Shown here piece after piece: positions 9,639 to 21,639 of a stretch of 34,540 bases of DNA (position 1 is the stretch's first letter; each line of letters begins with the position of its first letter). The translations under genes were made by a program, and so were the position numbers. The notes under the pieces were generated by a model. The model saw only the letters and a list, made by a program, of their open reading frames with translations. It ran no database searches and was not told where the DNA came from. The stretch is from positions 1 through 34,540 of the forward strand of contig CANPGX010000001.1 in assembly GCA_947573745.1 (NCBI GenBank), read 5' to 3'. The stretch comes from an uncultured Erysipelotrichaceae bacterium (GTDB lineage: Bacteria; Bacillota_I; Bacilli_A; Erysipelotrichales; Coprobacillaceae).

Positions 9639-10442
9639 ATGAAATGTCTAGCTTGTCCAAAGTGTAAGCTTCCTCTCATTCAAATAGGACCCTCTTTTAA
9701 ATGTGCTGCTTCTCATACTTATGATCTTGCTAAGAAAGGTTATCTCAATGTTTTATTAAATCCTGACAAATCAACCAATCATCCTGGTGATAGTAAAGAA
9801 AGTCTCATAGCTAGAAAAGCTTTTTTAAATAAAGGATACTATGATGGGATTTCCCATCAAGTGATCGATATCATCCAGCAATATCGCCCTGGTCCATTAT
9901 CGATTCTTGATCTTGGATGTGGGGAAGGTTACTATACTTATCGTATGAAACAACACATGCCAGAGCATGATTATTATGGATTAGATATCTCTAAAGAAGC
10001 CATCATGATGGCTACACGTTATGATCCTTCAATTTGCTGGCTGGTGGGAAATTCTAAAAATCTGCCCATCTTAGATCATCAACTTGATGTCATTTGTGCC
10101 CTATTTACAGTTGTCAATAAAGATGAAATTGCCCGCTGTTTAAAAAAAGAGGGTATCATGATCCACGTTACTGCTAATGCACATCATTTAATCGAATTAA
10201 AAAAACAAATTTATGATGAAATCAAAATAAAATCTGATCAATATCTTAAACTGCCATTCCCTATTTTATCTTCTAAGGATTATATTCAAAAAGTTCATAT
10301 TCAATCACGTGAAGATACCCTTAATCTCTTAAAAATGACACCCCATTATTATCATATTAAGCAAGATAAAAGAGATATTCTCAATACTTTAGATTCACTT
10401 GATATCACGATTGATATCAAAATCACTGTTTATACTTTATGA
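9639..10442 (+). CDS. rlmA: 23S rRNA (guanine-N1)-methyltransferase, RlmA family
   Basis: N-terminal Zn-ribbon LACPKCKLPL...CAASHTYDLAKKGYLNVL and SAM motif ILDLGCGEGYY. Start moved to the ATG at 9639 behind AAAGGAA. Confidence 0.8.
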   Translation: MKCLACPKCKLPLIQIGPSFKCAASHTYDLAKKGYLNVLLNPDKSTNHPGDSKESLIARKAFLNKGYYDGISHQVIDIIQQYRPGPLSILDLGCGEGYYTYRMKQHMPEHDYYGLDISKEAIMMATRYDPSICWLVGNSKNLPILDHQLDVICALFTVVNKDEIARCLKKEGIMIHVTANAHHLIELKKQIYDEIKIKSDQYLKLPFPILSSKDYIQKVHIQSREDTLNLLKMTPHYYHIKQDKRDILNTLDSLDITIDIKITVYTL

Positions 10443-11325
10443 AATATCATTTAAAACATGAATGGCTTCATCTTAGTATTGATCAAACTTTTGATCAACA
10501 TACGATTCAAGATGTTTTAGATCATTTTTGTTGCGCCAAAAAGACACGTTATCTTTATTTTCAAAATCATGAAATCTTGCTTAACCATCATCTGGCCCAT
10601 CCTTCAGATGTCCTTCATCAAAAAGACATTCTCTCTATCAAAGCTTATGCCTATGAACAACCTGATTTTATTGCCCAGGATATTCCTTTTAAAGTTATTT
10701 ATGAAGATGATTTTTTGCTGATTGTGGATAAACCTGCACATTTACTTGTTCATCCAGATCAAAAACAAGGATTAGACACTTTGTGTAATGGAATTGCTTA
10801 TTATTATCAACAACATCACATTCAAAAAAAATCCGTTATATTCATCGTTTAGATCAAGATACAACCGGGCTCATTCTTTTTTGTAAATGCGCCTTTTTAC
10901 AACCGTTGCTCGATCAACAACTGAAAAAGAAAGACATTCAACGTTTTTATTTAGCGCAGGTAGAAGGCCATTTATCTTCCCCTGATTGGACAAAGATTCA
11001 CACATCTATTGCCAGAGATCGTCATCATTCCAATCAATATCGCGTACATACTTCCGGCAAAGAAGCCATCACTTATTATCGTACACTCCGTCAGCAAAAA
11101 AACACTTCTTTTGTTGAATGCTATCTTGAAACAGGTCGCACTCACCAAATTCGTGTTCATTTAGCTTCTATTCAACATCCCATTTGTCATGATCCTATCT
11201 ATGGAAAAAAAGATTCTTCCCCTTTAGCACTCCAGGCTTATAAAATGATTTTAACCCATCCTTTAACCCAAGAGCGTTTACTTGTTGAACTTCCCAAAGA
11301 AGATCTACTCACTTTTAGAAGTTAA
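10439..11325 (+). pseudogene. RluA/RluD-family pseudouridine synthase, interrupted by a frameshift in an A8 run
   Basis: Track ORFs 10439..10852 and 10906..11325 are the two halves. The catalytic HRLDQDTTGLILF motif is readable in the second frame directly after the A-run at 10824..10831. One extra A would give ...QKKIRYIHRLDQDTTG. Confidence 0.8.
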
Positions 11326-12063
11326 ATATTTCCATAGACATTTGACTTCAAAATACGTCACTTGGTCTTGTTCATCTGTTCCACGTACAATAAAACAAGT
11401 TTGATCCTTTCCTAAATACAGTTTGACACGGGTCATAGGGGGGATCTCTTTTTTATAAAAAATCGTCACATCCTCGATCATGTGGGTACGCATATCTTCA
11501 AGATCAACGACATCATAGACCCATTCTAAGTAACGTGCATTATTCATATGTTGATTTGTATCTATATCACTGAAATAAACTGTTCTTGTCATCTGATAAG
11601 TCAACAAAAATGGTATCTCAAAATGTTCTGGTTTATCGATAGGCGCATCATCCTCTTCTACCCTTGGAACAGACAAGCCTACTTTTTTAGGCATCACTAT
11701 ACTTCTTTTCTTCAAATCTAATAAAGTCCATATCGACGTACAGACAGCTAAAACTTCCCCACGTTCATCAGTAATTTGATAATATCTAGGAAAAATAACA
11801 GTACTGTTTTTCCCTACCCAAGTTTTGATTTCTACACATTGATTCAACGTTATTGGGTGATAAAAATGAAGACGTTGCTTAGAAACAACCCATCCGTAAT
11901 CACTCAATAAGGTCTCATGCCATAATTTTAATTCTAATGCATGTTGTGTAGCAATACTTGATAGTTCACTTAACAAACCAGATAATCGCCACATACCCTG
12001 CATATCGACATCCGAATAGCTGATTTTTTTCTTTTTCGCATAAGAAATCGTCATAAAACTCAC
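11305..12063 (-). CDS. acyl-ACP thioesterase
   Basis: Double hot-dog pattern: YSDVDMQGMWRLSGLLSELSS... and YFSDIDTNQHMNNARYLEW. Confidence 0.8.
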   Translation of the reverse strand: MSFMTISYAKKKKISYSDVDMQGMWRLSGLLSELSSIATQHALELKLWHETLLSDYGWVVSKQRLHFYHPITLNQCVEIKTWVGKNSTVIFPRYYQITDERGEVLAVCTSIWTLLDLKKRSIVMPKKVGLSVPRVEEDDAPIDKPEHFEIPFLLTYQMTRTVYFSDIDTNQHMNNARYLEWVYDVVDLEDMRTHMIEDVTIFYKKEIPPMTRVKLYLGKDQTCFIVRGTDEQDQVTYFEVKCLWKYLTSKSE

Positions 12064-12180
12064 CTCAACTATTTATAATATCACATCATTTAAATATTTT
12101 TTTACTTTTTTATATGCTTCATACACTTTTTTTAGTATAATAATGATAATGAATATCATGTTGAAAGGAAGTTTTTTTAT

Positions 12181-12684
12181 ATGTCATTTTTTGAAAATAT
12201 ATCTTATAATGTTTTCCCTTGGATCTTGTTGCTTTTCTTTCTTTATTTTTTATTACTTCTAATCAATTCTTTAGTCATCTTTTACAAAGCAAAAAGAAAA
12301 GATCCTACAATGGAACATTGTTTAAGCCAACGAGGCATTATTTGTTTAGTCCTACTTACAGTCGCTTTTCTTGCTATCTTAATTTTTACGATTTATGCAT
12401 TTATCACTAAATTGAATAAAGAAGGAATAATGTCCGCTATGCAGAATATCAATCTTATCGCTATCTTTACACTTGTTTATGCACTTGAAATTCAAAATGT
12501 TATCATGGTCGGTAAAAAGAATATCCTTATTGGCAATACCCTATTTGAATACCGAAAAATGAAAAAAATTACCTACCCTAAAGGTAAGAAACTTTCTTTT
12601 GTCTATAGTCAAAAAGACATTCAAACATCCTTATTTTTTATAGATGTTACTAAACTAAAATCAGCCCTATCTAAAGCTAAATAA
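12181..12684 (+). CDS. hypothetical membrane protein
   Basis: 167 aa with several hydrophobic helices. RBS AAAGGAAG lies upstream. Confidence 0.5.
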   Translation: MSFFENISYNVFPWILLLFFLYFLLLLINSLVIFYKAKRKDPTMEHCLSQRGIICLVLLTVAFLAILIFTIYAFITKLNKEGIMSAMQNINLIAIFTLVYALEIQNVIMVGKKNILIGNTLFEYRKMKKITYPKGKKLSFVYSQKDIQTSLFFIDVTKLKSALSKAK

Positions 12685-12707
12685 GTTATATCGTCAATTA
12701 AAAAAAC

Positions 12708-12737
12708 AAACACCAAGTATCAAAATCTTGGTGTTTT
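12708..12737. terminator. bidirectional rho-independent terminator between convergent genes
   Basis: AAACACCAAG-loop-CTTGGTGTTT, flanked by an A-run on the left and a T-run on the right. Confidence 0.6.
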
Positions 12738-12740
12738 TCA

Positions 12741-13319
12741 TTAAAATAAAATATCATAATCAGCGTGATAACAACGTCTTAAATCTGGATAAACATGAGC
12801 GATACGAATACGACGCCGATGATTTCTCTCATTCATATAACAACAGACATCATATCTTTTTTTCACTTTGATACAAGTTAATTCATCTAATCGTGTAATC
12901 TTACATTTTCCGCCCCACCAAATATTCCAAAAACTTTCTCCATGAAGATATCGAAAAAAATAATCTTTTACTGTCTCTTCATTAACGATAATTCTTTTAA
13001 GACTATTTTTTTGATAAAACTGAACCTGCCATAAAACACCATACTCATCACAGACATAGGCTGTTGCTTTAGCCAAATAATAAATAGGTGAAAAATAAGC
13101 TCCTACAATAATCAATAAAAACAAAAGAAACATATAGGATATAGAAAAAATTAAAATAAAAACATCTGTTACACGGTTCTCTAGAAAAATAACACTCCCC
13201 GTAAACAAGAGCGATAATACAATGATCGATAACACCCATACGACACTATAAAGTGTGATATAAAACGGGTGGCATCCTTCCATACGTGCATATTCTTTAT
13301 CATACAAATAAACTTTCAT
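12741..13319 (-). CDS. hypothetical membrane protein (co-transcribed with lspA)
   Basis: 192 aa with three hydrophobic helices followed by a soluble C-terminal part. Starts 2 nt after the lspA stop. Confidence 0.5.
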   Translation of the reverse strand: MKVYLYDKEYARMEGCHPFYITLYSVVWVLSIIVLSLLFTGSVIFLENRVTDVFILIFSISYMFLLFLLIIVGAYFSPIYYLAKATAYVCDEYGVLWQVQFYQKNSLKRIIVNEETVKDYFFRYLHGESFWNIWWGGKCKITRLDELTCIKVKKRYDVCCYMNERNHRRRIRIAHVYPDLRRCYHADYDILF

Positions 13320-13320
13320 T

Positions 13321-13854
13321 TTATTCCTCCGATGAGTGACTCAACCACTTTCCTTTAAACATATGATCCTCTAATAAAATTTCAACAATGATCAACATGA
13401 CTCCTAGATAAATCGCAATATCTGCAACATTAAAGATAGGAAAATTCTTTCCAAAAAGAACAAAATCAATAAAGTCCACAACATATCCTAAAGAAAGTCG
13501 ATCAATGAAGTTGCCTATCATTCCGGAAAATAATAAGAGAAGTCCATAACGCGTAAATTTTTCTTGTGGTTTTGTATGAAGATAATAATAAACCATCCCA
13601 ATACTAGAAATCACAGTCACTAAAAAGAACAACCATAATTCTCCAGATAATATGCCAAACGCCGCTCCTTTATTATGGGTATATGTTAAATAAAAGAAAT
13701 TTTCAATAATTTCCTTGCTGTCTTGGACAACCAATGTCTCCATAACCAGTTTTTTTGTGACTTGATCGCCAATCACTACTAAAAGTACAACACATATTTT
13801 GAAAATGACGTGAATGATGGTCGTGGTTTTTGAATTGTTATGCCATTTCATCAT
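13321..13854 (-). CDS. lspA: lipoprotein signal peptidase II
   Basis: GDQVTK, NKGAAFG and FNVADIAI conserved blocks. Confidence 0.9.
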   Translation of the reverse strand: MMKWHNNSKTTTIIHVIFKICVVLLVVIGDQVTKKLVMETLVVQDSKEIIENFFYLTYTHNKGAAFGILSGELWLFFLVTVISSIGMVYYYLHTKPQEKFTRYGLLLLFSGMIGNFIDRLSLGYVVDFIDFVLFGKNFPIFNVADIAIYLGVMLIIVEILLEDHMFKGKWLSHSSEE

Positions 13855-13891
13855 TCATCGCCCCCTTTCTTTTTATCTTACCACTGAAAAC

Positions 13892-15623
<1,732 letters not shown>

Positions 15624-15706
15624 TAAAGAATTCCTATAAACAAAAAACACTTTTCAAATAAACAAATTATGATACACTAGAATATGAAAATCTTAGGGGG
15701 ATCATC

Positions 15707-16909
15707 ATGAAAAAAATAATATTAATATGTATACTTCTGCTTTCCTGTTTACCTATGTCTATTCATGCTCAAGAGATGCCTGATTTATACAGTCAACAAG
15801 CTATTGTCATGGAAGTCAATACAAAACGTGTCTTATTTGAAAAAAATGCTTATGAAAAAGGATATCCTGCCTCACTGACAAAAATGTTGACCTTACAAAT
15901 TGCTTTAGAATATGGACATTTAGATGATGAAGTTTTCATTGATCAAGATTCAATTGATTCTTTAGATAAAAATTCTTCTTTTGTACCCTTTTATGCTGGT
16001 GAATCTATTTCCTTAAGTGACCTTCTCTATGGTATGGCTATTGCTTCTGGTAATGAAACATGTAATGTCTTAGGAAAACATCTCTATGGATCCGTAGATA
16101 CCTTAGTTCAGGTAATGAATGAACGTCTCCAAACGATAGGTGCCACTAGTACACATTTTAATAATCCCCATGGTCTGTATCGACAAGAACATTACTCTAC
16201 CGCCTATGATATGGCATTAATCATGAATGAAGGAATCAAAGATGAACGCTTTGTCCATTATCTTTCAACAACAGAACATATTATAGAAAAAACAGATAGT
16301 CATCGCTATCATGATATTAAAACGCACAATGAATTAATCGATCCGCAAAGTCAATATTACTTAGAGGGAATTATATGTTCTAAGAACGGCTTCACTGACC
16401 GTGGTCGTCATACTATGGCTGCTTATTTTGAAGTTCAGGGTATGTCTTTTATCATTGTTACAATGAACTGCCAGAAAAAAATTCACCGATTTGATGATAT
16501 TGTTACACTTTATCATTATATACGCTCGCATTACCAATCTGTTCCTGTTCCTTCTTCTTTTAATGAAACATTGATCTTACCTAAAACGCTCCAATTTGAA
16601 AACCCAGAAAACCCTATTTCTTTCGATACCCCTTCTTGGACCATTTTATCAGACACCCAACAATATCCTATTTCTTCAATAGTGACATTTGATGACGTTC
16701 AATCGCCACTAAAACAAGGCGATACTGTAGGAACAATAACGTTTCAACAAAATGATCAATCTTTGACTATACCTTTAATATTAGAAACCAATATCATTGC
16801 AGTGCCTCAAAAAAAGTTCCCTTACAAGGAAGGATTCCTTGTTGTCATATCTTTATTGAGTATTTTAATCATCTACCATCTACATTCTAAGAAAGGCCGT
16901 GTATCATGA
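15707..16909 (+). CDS. D-alanyl-D-alanine carboxypeptidase (PBP5/6 class), membrane anchored
   Basis: Signal peptide, SxxK (ASLTK), SxN (SGNE), KxG (KNG), and a C-terminal hydrophobic anchor. Confidence 0.85.
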   Translation: MKKIILICILLLSCLPMSIHAQEMPDLYSQQAIVMEVNTKRVLFEKNAYEKGYPASLTKMLTLQIALEYGHLDDEVFIDQDSIDSLDKNSSFVPFYAGESISLSDLLYGMAIASGNETCNVLGKHLYGSVDTLVQVMNERLQTIGATSTHFNNPHGLYRQEHYSTAYDMALIMNEGIKDERFVHYLSTTEHIIEKTDSHRYHDIKTHNELIDPQSQYYLEGIICSKNGFTDRGRHTMAAYFEVQGMSFIIVTMNCQKKIHRFDDIVTLYHYIRSHYQSVPVPSSFNETLILPKTLQFENPENPISFDTPSWTILSDTQQYPISSIVTFDDVQSPLKQGDTVGTITFQQNDQSLTIPLILETNIIAVPQKKFPYKEGFLVVISLLSILIIYHLHSKKGRVS

Positions 16910-18111
16910 AAAAATTTCTTCTCTTACTTCTTACATGTCTTTTAATTTTACCCACTCCTATCCATGCTGAAGATACGACACCTTCATTAAATAGCCAATA
17001 CGCTGTTGTAATGGAAGTGGATACCCATCGGATATTATTTGAAAAAAATGCGTATGAAAAAGCCTATCCTGCCAGCATGACAAAAGTCATGACGATCTTA
17101 CTGGCTTTAGAAAAAGGACATTTAAACGATGTATTAACTGTTGATCAAGAATCTATTGATACATTAGATCCAAACTCTTCTGTCGTTCCTCTTTATGTTG
17201 GGGAAAAATTAACCTTAGATGAAATGCTCTATGGCTGTGCCATTGCTTCTGGTAATGAAACATGTAATGTGATTGGAAAATATATTTCACCTTCATTAGA
17301 TCAATTTATCGACTTAATGAATGAGAAAGCACAATCTATAGGGGCTACCCAAACACACTTTATGAATGCCCATGGATTACATCATTCACAACATTATACA
17401 ACCGCTTATGATATGGCTTTAATGATGGAAGCTGGTATTAAAAATGATGATTTTATACATTATCTATCTGCCACACAATATACCCTTGAGCAAACATCAG
17501 AGCATCAATATCATCACATTGTAGGACATAATGCGCTTTTAGATGCCAAAAGTCCTTATTATCTAGAAGGTATGATCTGCTCCAAAACAGGGCATACAGA
17601 CGAAGCCCAATTTACACAAGTCGGCTATTTTCATATCAACGATCTATCTTTTATTGTGGTTACTATGGATTGCGAAACAACCAAACAACGTTATCAGGAT
17701 TTTAGTACCCTTTATCATTATGTTTTAAATCGTTACCAACATGTCTACATCAATGATTATTTATTGGAGCCACTTTCATTAAAACTACCTGCCTATCTCA
17801 AATATCAGGATCGTCATGATCCTTTCTATATCGAAGAAACGCCAGTGACGATCTTAAAAGATACACAGACCTATCCCATCACCTATGATATTCAATTTGA
17901 TACTATTAAAAAGACATATGATATGAACGAAGTGATAGGATCTATCACATTTTATCAAGACCAACAAAAAATCACATTGCCTATTTTAACTAAAACAAAA
18001 ATTGTTCGGCAAATACCATGGTATGTCAAAATCCCTTTAGCACTTTTAGTTTTCATATGGCTTATAAAAAAGGGGATGTCATATTCCCAATTTTCTAAAC
18101 GTGAAAAATAA
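16906..18111 (+). CDS. D-alanyl-D-alanine carboxypeptidase paralog
   Basis: Collinear with the upstream gene: ASMTK, SGNE, KTG, and a C-terminal anchor. ATGA start/stop overlap. Confidence 0.85.
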   Translation: MKKFLLLLLTCLLILPTPIHAEDTTPSLNSQYAVVMEVDTHRILFEKNAYEKAYPASMTKVMTILLALEKGHLNDVLTVDQESIDTLDPNSSVVPLYVGEKLTLDEMLYGCAIASGNETCNVIGKYISPSLDQFIDLMNEKAQSIGATQTHFMNAHGLHHSQHYTTAYDMALMMEAGIKNDDFIHYLSATQYTLEQTSEHQYHHIVGHNALLDAKSPYYLEGMICSKTGHTDEAQFTQVGYFHINDLSFIVVTMDCETTKQRYQDFSTLYHYVLNRYQHVYINDYLLEPLSLKLPAYLKYQDRHDPFYIEETPVTILKDTQTYPITYDIQFDTIKKTYDMNEVIGSITFYQDQQKITLPILTKTKIVRQIPWYVKIPLALLVFIWLIKKGMSYSQFSKREK

Positions 18112-18166
18112 GTGCATTTCAAATTTTTTCCATTATAATGATAACGGACTAAAAGGGGGAAAAAAT

Positions 18167-18928
18167 ATGTATGCTTTAGCCAGTGATTTTGATAACACTT
18201 TATATTTTAGTGATATAGAGGGGTATTACAAACCAAAAGATATCAGTGCTATTAAAAAGTTTCAACAAGAGGGCCATCTCTTTGGCTTATGTACAGGTAG
18301 ACCTTTTATTGGCGCCTTAGAGCCTACTCAAGGAATCATTAATTTTGATTTTTATATTGTTACAACTGGAGCCTGTATTTACGATAAACACTTCAATAAG
18401 ATTTATAGTCAATGTATTGATCGTTCTTTAATTAAATCTATTTATGAAACATTTAAAGACCACGCTATTTGTCTTGTACAAGGTAATGGATATCTCTATG
18501 TTTTTAATCCACTTCATCAAAGAGAAAGTAGCGAATATCTTTGTGTCCCTACACCTGATGATATTGATACAGATCTTATCTATGGTATTTCATTGATGAC
18601 ACCTAATGATCCACTTAAATCAAAATGGATTGCCAGTGAAATTAATCGTCTATATGGTGATCAAATCATAGCTTACCAAAATGTAGATAGTGTTGATGTT
18701 GTGAAAAAAGGATGTTCTAAAGGGCATGGTATCCAATTTGTCAAAGAATATTTCCATTTAGATAAGATAGCAGCTATTGGTGATTCTTATAATGATATTC
18801 CTATGTTACAGACTGCTGACGAAGCTTTTACTTTTCTTTCTTCACCTAAAGATGTACAGAGTGAGGCAAATTATCTTGTAAGCAGTATTGAAGAAACAAT
18901 TCATTGGCTCTGTCCTCAATCAAAATAA
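18167..18928 (+). CDS. Cof-type HAD-IIB phosphatase
   Basis: DFDNTL motif I, GDSYNDIPM motif IV. Start moved to the ATG at 18167 behind AAAGGGGGA. Confidence 0.8.
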   Translation: MYALASDFDNTLYFSDIEGYYKPKDISAIKKFQQEGHLFGLCTGRPFIGALEPTQGIINFDFYIVTTGACIYDKHFNKIYSQCIDRSLIKSIYETFKDHAICLVQGNGYLYVFNPLHQRESSEYLCVPTPDDIDTDLIYGISLMTPNDPLKSKWIASEINRLYGDQIIAYQNVDSVDVVKKGCSKGHGIQFVKEYFHLDKIAAIGDSYNDIPMLQTADEAFTFLSSPKDVQSEANYLVSSIEETIHWLCPQSK

Positions 18929-18935
18929 TGATACT

Positions 18936-18963
18936 AAAAAAAGCTGATAAATCAGCTTTTTTT
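18936..18963. terminator. bidirectional terminator between the HAD and kinase genes
   Basis: AAAAAA-AGCTGAT-AA-ATCAGCT-TTTTTT. Contains the stop codon of the minus-strand kinase. Confidence 0.7.
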
Positions 18964-19845
18964 ATAACTATTTTTAGCTAACTGATAAGCCCCAAACAAA
19001 GCATGATGCTTTGGAGCTATCACTTCACAATTGGATAAGGCACTTGTAAAGGCTTCTTTAAAGAAATGATTTTGAAACATACCACCATAATATGATACCT
19101 TGACGATACCATCAAAGTGAGTTTGCAATGTTTTCACTAATTGAGCACTGTGTCTACCTGCTTCCCTTAAAATATGTTGACAATAGACATGTTCTTTCGC
19201 TAATGAGGCACAAACCTTTGCTAGAGCGGCAATATCTGTTCTTTCATTTTTCAACTGACTAATTTTAGAAATGATTTGATAAGGTTGCGTTATATCAAAA
19301 TAAGTCATGATAGTTAAATAAACTTCATCTTTAGGATATCTTCCATCCACTTGATATGTGAAATATTTTAAAAGTTGCTTACCAATCCAATAACCCGAAC
19401 CTTCATCGCCTAATTGATAGCCCCAGCCACCGCACCTTATCATTTGACCGTGAACCATAGCCAAAGCTATCGTTCCTGTTCCAGCTATGACCATGATACC
19501 TTCTTGTCCCTCTAAAGCACCTATTAAAGCAATATGAACATCGTTAGTCAAAACATAATGATAACCCATCAGTTGCTCACCTATAGCTTGCTCTAAATGA
19601 TGGCGAATCCTCTCATCATTTCCATATCCTGCAATACCCATACCTATGAAAACATCTTTTTTTAATAACTGATGGTTAGCTATCAAAGTTTCAATTCCTT
19701 GTTTAAGACAAGTAGCACACCCGTCAAATCCCACCTGTAAAACATGGGCTGTTGGTAAAGATAATTGTTCTAAACATATGCCATTTTCATCAAACAACGC
19801 AAAAGCAGTTTTTGTTCCACCACCATCAATGCCTATATAATACAT
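18952..19845 (-). CDS. BadF/BadG/BcrA/BcrD-type N-acetylhexosamine kinase (MurK-like)
   Basis: MYYIGIDGGGTKT N-terminus. Start moved to 19845 behind AGGAGAG. Lies immediately downstream of murQ. Confidence 0.75.
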   Translation of the reverse strand: MYYIGIDGGGTKTAFALFDENGICLEQLSLPTAHVLQVGFDGCATCLKQGIETLIANHQLLKKDVFIGMGIAGYGNDERIRHHLEQAIGEQLMGYHYVLTNDVHIALIGALEGQEGIMVIAGTGTIALAMVHGQMIRCGGWGYQLGDEGSGYWIGKQLLKYFTYQVDGRYPKDEVYLTIMTYFDITQPYQIISKISQLKNERTDIAALAKVCASLAKEHVYCQHILREAGRHSAQLVKTLQTHFDGIVKVSYYGGMFQNHFFKEAFTSALSNCEVIAPKHHALFGAYQLAKNSYKKS

Positions 19846-19855
19846 TTTTTCTCTC

Positions 19856-20767
19856 CTAAACTTCTTTTTGATAGGTCCTAATAACTTTTGCCACTTGATT
19901 TTGATTTTGCAACAACATATTTTTACACGATTCCATGTCCATTCCTGTTTTTTGCATAATAATAGCACACTTAACGTCGTACTGACATGTTTCTAGGTGA
20001 TTTCTAGCTTCTTCTTGCGATGTACCAGTACAATTCATTACAATATTGACAGCCCGTTGTCTTAATTTTTGATTGGTTGGTTGAACATCAATCATAAGAT
20101 TTTTATATACTTTTCCCATTTTAACCATGGTGGCTGTCGATATCATATTCAGCACCATTTTTTGGGCACTGCCAGATTTCATACGTGTTGATCCGGTGAT
20201 CACTTCTGGGCCTACTTTTACTTCAATAAAATCATCAGCATAGTGTGAAATCTCACCATTTTCCACACAACAAATAGATACAGTTAATGCACCTATTGTA
20301 TGGGCGTATTTCAATCCTGATATGACATAAGGTGTTCTTCCAGAGGCCGCTAATCCACAAACAACATCTAAGGATGTTAAAGATAATGCCTCTAAATCTT
20401 TTTTAGCTTGTTGCTCATCATCTTCTGCACCCTCAATGGCATTTTGTAAAGCTTCTTGACCACCAGCAATTAAACCGATGACTAAATCTGAACTAACCCC
20501 ATAAGTGGGTGGACACTCAGAAGCATCTAGAACACCTAAACGGCCTGATGTTCCTGCTCCCATATAAATCAGTCTCCCCCCCATAGAAACTCTTTCATAA
20601 ATATGATCAATAGTTTTTGCGATTGTACCTAATTCTTTCTCTATGGCCAAAGCTACTTTTTGATCTTCCCTATTAATGGTTTGAATCTCTATCGTATCCA
20701 TTTCATCAATATGTAATGAATCCAAATTTTGTTGCTCTGTCATTAAGGCATTTAATTCTTTCAACAT
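19856..20767 (-). CDS. murQ: N-acetylmuramic acid 6-phosphate etherase
   Basis: SIS domain with GRLIYMGAGTSGRLGVLDASECPPTYG. Confidence 0.92.
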   Translation of the reverse strand: MLKELNALMTEQQNLDSLHIDEMDTIEIQTINREDQKVALAIEKELGTIAKTIDHIYERVSMGGRLIYMGAGTSGRLGVLDASECPPTYGVSSDLVIGLIAGGQEALQNAIEGAEDDEQQAKKDLEALSLTSLDVVCGLAASGRTPYVISGLKYAHTIGALTVSICCVENGEISHYADDFIEVKVGPEVITGSTRMKSGSAQKMVLNMISTATMVKMGKVYKNLMIDVQPTNQKLRQRAVNIVMNCTGTSQEEARNHLETCQYDVKCAIIMQKTGMDMESCKNMLLQNQNQVAKVIRTYQKEV

Positions 20768-20909
20768 GTCTCTACCGTCCTTTTAAACATTATCACGAAT
20801 ACTATATAACATTATAATCTTTATACCATAAAATCCATCTTTTGAGAATACAAAACGACTTATTTATTCATTAAAATCTTCTAAAGTTAACTTTTACACC
20901 AAATTTCTA

Positions 20910-21626
20910 TCATGTAACACGTCGATAATCAATGTGAGCAGATTTGGCTTTTTTAATTAAATCCTTTGTCTGCACCTTATACATCTTTCCATCTTTAATA
21001 GTATAAGTGCCACATTGTCTGAATTCAAAATTCACATTTTTTCTAATACATTGTTGTCGTAAATCAAGGACCCAATCATAATTAAGTGGTCTGGCTGCTA
21101 TATCAGACTCACCGCCAACCACAACAAGTTCAATATCATCTAAATATTTTTCGATTTCAATATGTTCAAGCAATGGCTGTGCTGTAATACATTTATGTTT
21201 TATGGGGAGTGTTTTAAAAATAGATAGTTTATGATCAGCATTTTTTTGGTTTTCAACAGTACAACAAACAACCACATGATCATATCCCTCAGGCCAGTCT
21301 TCAGGTAAACAGACTTCCCAACGATCAATCCTTTTAGTCAAAAAAAGAAAAGTGCAATCTTGTCTTTCTTTGATCATTTTCCAACATTCATCCCTCCATG
21401 CATCTGCTTCTTCAATAAAAAAATCTGTTGAAAAGCATACATAGACCATACCTGATTTCATTTTATATTGACCATTTTTTAATTTTTCAATAGGTTTATA
21501 AAAATCCTTTGTTTTTGTAATATCCTGGGTATTGATATGTCTTTTAAGATCCCCCTTATGAATATAACAATGCAAACAGCCTTCACTATATTTTTTACAA
21601 CCTCTCCATGGATTCCACATTGACAT
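20910..21626 (-). CDS. DUF5131 (phage Gp37/Gp68) family protein
   Basis: N-terminal WNPWRGCKKYSEGCLHCY three-Cys signature. Confidence 0.8.
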   Translation of the reverse strand: MSMWNPWRGCKKYSEGCLHCYIHKGDLKRHINTQDITKTKDFYKPIEKLKNGQYKMKSGMVYVCFSTDFFIEEADAWRDECWKMIKERQDCTFLFLTKRIDRWEVCLPEDWPEGYDHVVVCCTVENQKNADHKLSIFKTLPIKHKCITAQPLLEHIEIEKYLDDIELVVVGGESDIAARPLNYDWVLDLRQQCIRKNVNFEFRQCGTYTIKDGKMYKVQTKDLIKKAKSAHIDYRRVT

Positions 21627-21639
21627 CTTTTTCCATCTC

